Virus record (IMG/VR): IMGVR_UViG_3300048606_000018
Coordinates: 1-49,450 of that record
Strand: one strand, 5' to 3'
Length of the DNA stretch: 49,450 bases
Origin: a virus
Lineage: Duplodnaviria > Caudoviricetes
Positions 43,891 through 49,450 of the stretch are shown in pieces (position 1 is the stretch's first letter; the number at the start of each line of letters is the position of its first letter). A program made the position numbers and the translations under genes. Under the pieces are notes generated by a model. That model did no database searches. It was given only the letters and a program-made list of their open reading frames with translations, and was not told the origin of the DNA.

Positions 43891-44709
43891 TCAGGCTCGG
43901 GCGCCGTTCGGTTTGCTGCGTGCCAAGTCCATCTTCTGGCCGAACGACAACTTGGCGTAATCTTCGTTGGACATGCCGGCACCGCCATCGCGATGCTGCT
44001 GCGAGAACTCTGCGGTGCCTTGTCCGGTGAACATCTTGATGAGCTTCTCGCCGAGCTCGACATGCTTGGCGGTGACCATCATCTGGCTCCACGCCGCCGC
44101 CATGTCCTCGCCGACCTTCGACTTCATCCAGGTCGTGACGGAATCGACGCGCGCCGACGCGGTCGGTCCGAGCTTGGTGAGTTCGGCGTCGCGCGCGGTC
44201 TTGACGAGTTGCGCCTCGGCCACCTGTGCGCCGGCGTAGATGCCGACGAGCTTGGAGAAACCGTCCTGGTCCATGCCGGACGCATGCGCGAGCGCGGCGG
44301 CCTGCTTGATCAGCGGATCGGCGGGATCGATCTTGTAGTTGATGCCTTCCGGCACCTGGAATTCCTTGGGCAGCTCGGCCTTGTATTCGTCCGGCGACTT
44401 CGGAAGCGTGTTGCGCTTGACGTCCTGCTCGGCCTTGAAGGCCGATAGCGCGTCGAAGTGCTCGCGGAATTCCTTGCCTTTCGGGGCCGCAGTGTCCTTG
44501 TCCCAGAAGGATTCGGGCAGCCACTCGGGGCGCTCAGCCTTTTGAGTCGTCTGGCTGGTCCCAGCCGGCGACGTGATCGTCGGGTCCGACGAGGCGGCCG
44601 CCGGTGCGGCGGGCGACGGCGACGGGCTTGGCGACGGCGAAGACAATGGGGCGCTCGGCGCCGCTGCTGGAGCCGCTGCCGCTACCGCTGGTGTCGCCGC
44701 TTCCGCCAC
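43891..44709 (-). CDS. Capsid scaffolding protein
   Basis: Pro/Ala-rich N-terminus, RPEWLPESFW, PKSPDEYK; between portal and capsid. Confidence 0.8.
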   Translation of the reverse strand: MAEAATPAVAAAAPAAAPSAPLSSPSPSPSPSPAAPAAASSDPTITSPAGTSQTTQKAERPEWLPESFWDKDTAAPKGKEFREHFDALSAFKAEQDVKRNTLPKSPDEYKAELPKEFQVPEGINYKIDPADPLIKQAAALAHASGMDQDGFSKLVGIYAGAQVAEAQLVKTARDAELTKLGPTASARVDSVTTWMKSKVGEDMAAAWSQMMVTAKHVELGEKLIKMFTGQGTAEFSQQHRDGGAGMSNEDYAKLSFGQKMDLARSKPNGARA

Positions 44710-44908
44710 TTTCCTCGATCCCCTTGGCCATCAGGCCCATCAACGTGGCGGCGAACCTGCGTTCCACCTCGCTTGCGAGCAACGCACCATCCGAGACGAC
44801 CGTCGAAATGGCCATCAATCGGCGCTGCAAATGCAGATACAAAAGCTGTCCGTCGGCGGTGCGCGCGACGCGATCCCAGGCACTGCGGAGGTCGTCGTCG
44901 GTGATCAT
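44534..44908 (-). CDS. Small conserved protein after the portal (BPP-1 Bbp19-like position)
   Basis: RTADGQLLYLHL..EVERR; ATGA overlap with the portal. Confidence 0.6.
   Translation of the reverse strand: MITDDDLRSAWDRVARTADGQLLYLHLQRRLMAISTVVSDGALLASEVERRFAATLMGLMAKGIEESGGSGDTSGSGSGSSSGAERPIVFAVAKPVAVARRTGGRLVGPDDHVAGWDQPDDSKG
44754..44788 (-). promoter_or_regulatory. Late promoter for scaffold/capsid (GGTGCG-TTGCTC-N17-CAGGTT), inside the upstream CDS
   Basis: Conserved motif about 70 nt before the scaffold GTG. Confidence 0.65.
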
Positions 44909-46494
44909 TGCGGGCCGACCGCTGCGGGGCCCGGTGTTCCGGTTTCACCGCTGCCTGGTTGCTGCCCCGAGACGAGCTGCTTGATCTGCGACACAGCTTT
45001 TTCGACTTCTTCCTGTGGGCGGAATTTCAGCAGCGTGACGCGCATCTTCTTGAGGAACGCCTCGATCGTGGTCTTGCCGTTGACCCACATTTTGAATTCT
45101 TCGGGGAACGCGGCGCCCATCATCTGGATCGCGCGGAACGCCTGCGCGACCTCCTGCTGCTCGGCCGCGGCCTGCGCCGGGTTGTAGGGCAACAGCGCGA
45201 TGGCGCGGCCGTCGACCTGCACGGGCTCGATCGTACCGGCGGCCTCCAGCAGATACTTGAACCGCAGGAAAATCTTGGCCGGGCCTTCGAACCAGAACGG
45301 CAGGCCCGGCGTGCCGATGCGGCGCTGCGCGCGCGCCATCTCGTCGAGCCACTGGCCGAGCGTCGGTGGCGTATCTCCGGTCTGCTCCGGGTAGTCGACG
45401 AAGTGCAGCTTGCGCAGGTCTTTGAGCTTCTTCTCGAATGCGAACATCTCCACGTTCGGCGGCGGCGTATCATAGATGTTCTTGATCGCCTCCTGCTCGC
45501 CGGGGCGCACCGGATAGGCCATGCCCTCCTCGAGCCCCTGCTCGACGTTGGCGAAGCTGTCCGACGGATAGGTGATCGGTGGCCGCAGCGACAGCGACGC
45601 CGCCTCGACCTGCATGCGCTCGAGCTCGTCGATCTGCCGGAACGACGGCAGGCCCTGGATCAGCGGGCCGACGCCGTGCGGCCAGTCCGCGGTCGGGTTG
45701 AAGCGGATCGGCAACAGCGGGCAGCAACCCTCGCCCTTGATCTCGTTGTCGTGCACCAGAACGTCCTTGACCAGAACGGTGTGCTGCCAGACCTCGTCAT
45801 TGGTTTCGGACCACTTCCGCCAAAAGCCCCATGCAATCTGAGTGCGATCTGTTGGCTTGTCGCCGCATGTTGTCTTGATCCTCGGCTCGACCTTGTCCCA
45901 AATCTCTTTGCCGAGCAGCTCCTCGACGTAGCAGTTGCGCGTGTAGCGAACCGCGAACCGATCATCGATCTCGCCATAGGGGCCGAGGTTGATCTCAAGT
46001 TCGCGCAGCGGGATCGCCGACACCACGATCGGGCGCGACGGATGCGGGCGCTGAATCCACAGCGCAGTGGTGCCGATCGCGAGGTCTGGATAGAACGCCT
46101 TGGTGATCTCCGGGTAGAGGTTTGATGCCTTCATGGCGGCGAAGATCTTCTGATCGGCGGCGCGGATCTTGTCGTTGATCTGCTGCCAGACACCATCCGG
46201 CAGGTCCATGCCGGGGCCGCGCTCGCACCACGGCTGCGCCTCCGGCATGAAGGTGTTGACGATCTCGGTGATAAAATCTTGAACGATCAGGAACGCCTTG
46301 TCGGTGTTGAGTTCGGGCGCGTCCTGCATGCGCGCGGTGCCGGGCTGGGTTTGCGAATTGATCTGCCGCTGCCGCCATGGCGACGCGAGGAAGTAGCATT
46401 CCTTGATGTCGAGCTCGACGTAGGACTTCCATACCCGCGCTGCCGCCAGGCGCTTGTTGGCCTGGGCCTGGAGAGGGTTCGTCTTCTCGGCCAT
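44905..46494 (-). CDS. Portal / head-tail connector (T7 gp8-like)
   Basis: 529 aa; SNLYPE..DLAIGT; HGVGP..LP; TPPTLGQW. Confidence 0.88.
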   Translation of the reverse strand: MAEKTNPLQAQANKRLAAARVWKSYVELDIKECYFLASPWRQRQINSQTQPGTARMQDAPELNTDKAFLIVQDFITEIVNTFMPEAQPWCERGPGMDLPDGVWQQINDKIRAADQKIFAAMKASNLYPEITKAFYPDLAIGTTALWIQRPHPSRPIVVSAIPLRELEINLGPYGEIDDRFAVRYTRNCYVEELLGKEIWDKVEPRIKTTCGDKPTDRTQIAWGFWRKWSETNDEVWQHTVLVKDVLVHDNEIKGEGCCPLLPIRFNPTADWPHGVGPLIQGLPSFRQIDELERMQVEAASLSLRPPITYPSDSFANVEQGLEEGMAYPVRPGEQEAIKNIYDTPPPNVEMFAFEKKLKDLRKLHFVDYPEQTGDTPPTLGQWLDEMARAQRRIGTPGLPFWFEGPAKIFLRFKYLLEAAGTIEPVQVDGRAIALLPYNPAQAAAEQQEVAQAFRAIQMMGAAFPEEFKMWVNGKTTIEAFLKKMRVTLLKFRPQEEVEKAVSQIKQLVSGQQPGSGETGTPGPAAVGPQ

Positions 46495-46796
46495 CAGGCC
46501 GCCTTGATGTTTGGCAGGCTCGGCGCCAGCGCGGCAATGATCGACGCGGTGCCGGTCGTGTCGCCGCGCGGTGTGGCGTTCGATTGCCCGGCGAGCGCAA
46601 GCCGCGTGCCGTAGCGCGCCATCAGCGAGGCGCTATCGCCTGCCGCCATCTTGCCGAGCTCGGCGACGGAATCCTCCTGCGCCCGGCTCTTGAGCATGTC
46701 GAAGGTCGGATCGTTCGCGAGTGTCGGCAGCGCCGGCATGCCCGAGAAATCGAGCGAACCGAGCGGACTGGCTTGCTTTGATGATCCACCACCCAT
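46494..46796 (-). CDS. Small virion-associated protein before the portal
   Basis: MGGGSSKQ start set by the leaderless promoter; typical pre-portal gene in T7-like podophages. Confidence 0.65.
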   Translation of the reverse strand: MGGGSSKQASPLGSLDFSGMPALPTLANDPTFDMLKSRAQEDSVAELGKMAAGDSASLMARYGTRLALAGQSNATPRGDTTGTASIIAALAPSLPNIKAA

Positions 46797-46803
46797 GCGG
46801 CGC

Positions 46804-46837
46804 AGCATCGCCGTCGCGACGCCGCGGGCAACGCACC
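46804..46837 (-). promoter_or_regulatory. Late promoter, leaderless (GGTGCG-TTGCCC-N16-GATGCT-N7-ATG)
   Basis: Conserved motif right after the terL stop. Confidence 0.75.
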
Positions 46838-46838
46838 G

Positions 46839-48368
46839 CTAGGCGCTGACGCGGCGCATGCTGTGGCGCTTCGCGACCCGCGCCGGTTTGGGCATGTCGC
46901 CGGGTGTCAGGCCGACCATGGCGAGACCTTCGCCCATGCCGAGGCACATATACTGCAGCGCGTCGGCCAGATGGGAGTAGCGGTTCTTGTCCGGCTCGCG
47001 CTGCGTGCGATCCGCGCCGACGACGCGCTTGTAGCAGTAGCGGCCCGCCATGCCGACCTTGAGCGAACGGCACCGCGGCGACAGCAGGAACCGCGGCCGG
47101 CCGTCGTACAGCTCGCCGAGCGGCCGCTCGACCGCCTGCACGCGGGTGTCGATCATGTTCTGCTTGAGATTGCTGGGCCCCTGCACCGGGATGCCGTTGA
47201 ACCGGAAGACGTCGAAGGCGGTGCGGTCGTCGGTCTGGGTCGCGTCGGCACCCTTCGGATCGCCGAACGCGCGGAACTTGAAGCCGGGGAAATTCTGTTC
47301 GAGGAAGCGCTTGACCTTCGGGGCAAACGTGACGGCACCCTCGTTGAAGGCCTGCAGTTCGGCCAGGACCACGATGCGGTTGTTGACCTGCTGACCGACC
47401 ACCATCGCCGGCGAGCGGCCGAAGTCGAGGCCGACGTAGAGGTCATGTCCCGGCACCGCCTGCAGCACCGAGCGCGCAACGTGGATGTCCTCGCGGAAAC
47501 CAGGCCACACCGGCTCGCCGTCGATCACGAGCGCAAGCTGGTTGAGCGCCCGCGTCTTGATGAAGGCCCGCGTCTTGCCCTTGATCAGGTTGAGGTAATA
47601 GTCCTTAGGCAGCCACTTGATGTTCTCGGCCGCCGGGTTGGTCACATAGCCGTCGATGGTGCGGCCGTCGGGGCCCAGCGTCTCCAGCAGGCCGGGCGGC
47701 TGCATGAAGAATTCCCAATCCGCCGGCAGCGCGATCTTGTCCTCATCCGGCGTGTTCTCGGGATAATCGGCCTGCCCCGTCATCATCGCAATGAAGTGGT
47801 CTTCGTCCGGCGCGTTCATGTCGGCGAGGATGCCGTGCCATGTCGGGCCGCCGTCCTTCATGGCGGGGAACCGGCCGGTGCGCGAGGTCAACTCGTCGAA
47901 TAGCACCTTGATCAGGTACTGGAGCTCGTTGACGTAGAACAGCGTGTATTCGCCCGATCGGATCTTCTTGATGTCGTCCTCTTTGTCGAGGGCGAGAAAG
48001 TCGACTTCGATGATCGCCTCACCCCAGCGGATGATCTGCCGCGGTGGCTGCGACCAGATCAGCCGGCCGTGCATCTCCTCCGGGTAGGTGTCGAGCCACG
48101 TTCTGATCGTGGTCGAGCGCAATTCCGGGTAGGTGTTGCGGATCACGCCGACGCGGATCCGGCGATAGCCGTCAGGTCCCGGCGTCTGGGCGAACGCGAT
48201 CTGCGCGATCTTGAGGTTGCAGACCTTCGACTTGCCGCTGCCGACCGGGCCCTGGATGATCTGCACCGGAGCGCTCGAGCGCAGGAAGGCGGCAAGCTGG
48301 GTGCCGGGCTCGATCTGGTAGATGGGGCGGCCGTGCTCGTCGCGGGCCTGCTGCGGGGCTTCGTTCAT
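46839..48368 (-). CDS. terL: Terminase large subunit
   Basis: GPVGSGKS Walker A, RNTYPEL, YVNE Walker B, GLDFGRSP, SHLADALQY nuclease motifs. Confidence 0.93.
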   Translation of the reverse strand: MNEAPQQARDEHGRPIYQIEPGTQLAAFLRSSAPVQIIQGPVGSGKSKVCNLKIAQIAFAQTPGPDGYRRIRVGVIRNTYPELRSTTIRTWLDTYPEEMHGRLIWSQPPRQIIRWGEAIIEVDFLALDKEDDIKKIRSGEYTLFYVNELQYLIKVLFDELTSRTGRFPAMKDGGPTWHGILADMNAPDEDHFIAMMTGQADYPENTPDEDKIALPADWEFFMQPPGLLETLGPDGRTIDGYVTNPAAENIKWLPKDYYLNLIKGKTRAFIKTRALNQLALVIDGEPVWPGFREDIHVARSVLQAVPGHDLYVGLDFGRSPAMVVGQQVNNRIVVLAELQAFNEGAVTFAPKVKRFLEQNFPGFKFRAFGDPKGADATQTDDRTAFDVFRFNGIPVQGPSNLKQNMIDTRVQAVERPLGELYDGRPRFLLSPRCRSLKVGMAGRYCYKRVVGADRTQREPDKNRYSHLADALQYMCLGMGEGLAMVGLTPGDMPKPARVAKRHSMRRVSA

Positions 48369-48553
48369 TCGTCCCGGTCGTCGATGACCTGGAAGCGGTG
48401 GAAGCCGATCGCCTGGGCCAGCGGCCGCGAGCACAGGCCGGGCGTCAGCGGCTCGCTGTACGGCACGCGCGGGATCGACGTCACGCCGAACTTGCGCCGA
48501 TGGATTGGTCGGCCACTCGGGTGCGGCTTGCGTTCGTCGTCGTCGCGGGCCAT
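48365..48553 (-). CDS. Hypothetical protein
   Basis: MARDDDERKP..AIGF; AGGAGG RBS; coupled to terL. Confidence 0.6.
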   Translation of the reverse strand: MARDDDERKPHPSGRPIHRRKFGVTSIPRVPYSEPLTPGLCSRPLAQAIGFHRFQVIDDRDE

Positions 48554-48747
48554 CAGGCCTCCTGGCGCACCGGGCAACCCTTGCAGTCCTCGGGGAACCG
48601 CAGCAGATGGCCGGCGCGCGCGTTGCGCTGCAGCCACCGCGGAACGTCCATCAGCTTCTCCGGTGCCGCATCCTCGGCCCACCCGCACAACATCGGGCCC
48701 GGTGGCGGATCAGCTTCCTCGGCCGGCTGGGCGAACCGGCACGGCAT
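48553..48747 (-). CDS. Small Cys-containing hypothetical protein
   Basis: MPCRF..LCGW..CKGCP; TGATG coupling. Confidence 0.55.
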   Translation of the reverse strand: MPCRFAQPAEEADPPPGPMLCGWAEDAAPEKLMDVPRWLQRNARAGHLLRFPEDCKGCPVRQEA

Positions 48748-49061
48748 CAGTGCAGTGCCCGCATCTCGGGCCGCTCGCCGCCGCGCATCATGGCGCAGTG
48801 CCGCGCAATCAAATCCTCGGACTTGCGATCGGCCGGCCGGATGACGATGCGGCCGCCCTCGAGCTGACACGCCAGCACCACCACCACGAGCGGCACGCCG
48901 CCATGATCGTCGAAGTCCGGCACATCCGCCGTCCCGCGCACCAGCGGGATCAGCACGAACGGCTCGGACCGCGCCGCCTTCATGCCGGCGACCCACTCCG
49001 CAAGCCACGGCCGATACCGCGCCACGAACGCGTCGGGGATGCCCTGCATGTAGACGGTCAT
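48747..49061 (-). CDS. Hypothetical protein
   Basis: MTVYMQGIPDAF...; ATGA overlap. Confidence 0.55.
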   Translation of the reverse strand: MTVYMQGIPDAFVARYRPWLAEWVAGMKAARSEPFVLIPLVRGTADVPDFDDHGGVPLVVVVLACQLEGGRIVIRPADRKSEDLIARHCAMMRGGERPEMRALH

Positions 49062-49270
49062 TGAGGACCCTCGGGAAGCGGGGCCCAGTGAGTGAAGAAG
49101 TTGGTTGGAACGTAGCCGTGGCCGTTCCAAACGTTTCCGGCTTGATAGGATGACACTTGCCCCAGCGTGCAACTTGGTGGCTCCTTCGGGAGTTTGCTGC
49201 CCCCAATCCACCATAACAGAACAGTCTGATCGGGCGGCGCGGTCTCGATCGGTTGCCAATCAACGGGCAT
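49058..49270 (-). CDS. DUF551-like protein
   Basis: WQPIETAP...THWAPLPEGP. Confidence 0.8.
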   Translation of the reverse strand: MPVDWQPIETAPPDQTVLLWWIGGSKLPKEPPSCTLGQVSSYQAGNVWNGHGYVPTNFFTHWAPLPEGPQ

Positions 49271-49315
49271 CGGATTTACCCTTCGCCTCGGCCAGCTGCT
49301 TCGTCAGCTCGTCAA

Positions 49316-49441
49316 TCCGCGCCTGCAACTCCACCCGCCGGATCTCCGCATCCGCCGTGCACCCCACAACCGCATCCAGCGCCCCGTTGCGCTGCGATTG
49401 CAGAACCTGGATCGCAACGGATTCGCGCGTCGGGCCGGCAG
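49316..49441. repeat. Direct terminal repeat, right copy
   Basis: Identical to 1..126. Confidence 0.95.
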
Positions 49442-49450
49442 ATGCGGAGA

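Noticed and set aside
44590-44700. Short GGCGAC-type tandem repeats
   Set aside because: They encode the Pro/Ser/Ala low-complexity N-terminus of the scaffold protein
19938-49064. Many long plus-strand ORFs opposite the structural genes (e.g. 27413..28759, 42714..44030, 44908..46125)
   Set aside because: Antisense shadows typical of high-GC coding DNA, with no recognisable motifs
49442-49450. Last bases diverge from the left terminal repeat
   Set aside because: They are the reverse complement of 28..36, most likely a fold-back or chimeric read end rather than biology

Overview
The window is an apparently complete, circularly permuted genome (unit length about 49,315 bp; 126-bp terminal redundancy) of a GC-rich temperate podophage. 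GcrA-, GapR- and DUF3309-like genes suggest an alphaproteobacterial host, probably Hyphomicrobiales. It combines a lambdoid early region (cI/cro switch with clear operators, YqaJ/RecT recombination, tyrosine integrase with xis and attP, DnaB-like helicase, DNA methyltransferase, PAPS-reductase-like gene) with a T7/BPP-1-like virion module (TerL, portal, scaffold, capsid, tail tubes A/B, ejected internal proteins) and a lysis cassette. No RNA or DNA polymerase gene was recognised. The most unusual feature is in the late region. The T7-type tail fibre and a block of fibre-, spike-, lectin- and glycosidase-like proteins between capsid and tail genes carry N-terminal Sec or Tat export signals and closely spaced cysteines. 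They are encoded next to an O-antigen-ligase/O-oligosaccharyltransferase-like membrane enzyme, a TPR-like partner and a 2OG dioxygenase. This suggests periplasmic folding, possible glycosylation and lysis-coupled attachment of virion appendages. A conserved late-promoter motif (GTGCGTTGC plus a -10-like box, 8 copies found, 4 apparently leaderless) supports the signal-peptide starts. All family assignments come from motif recognition by eye; no database search was run.
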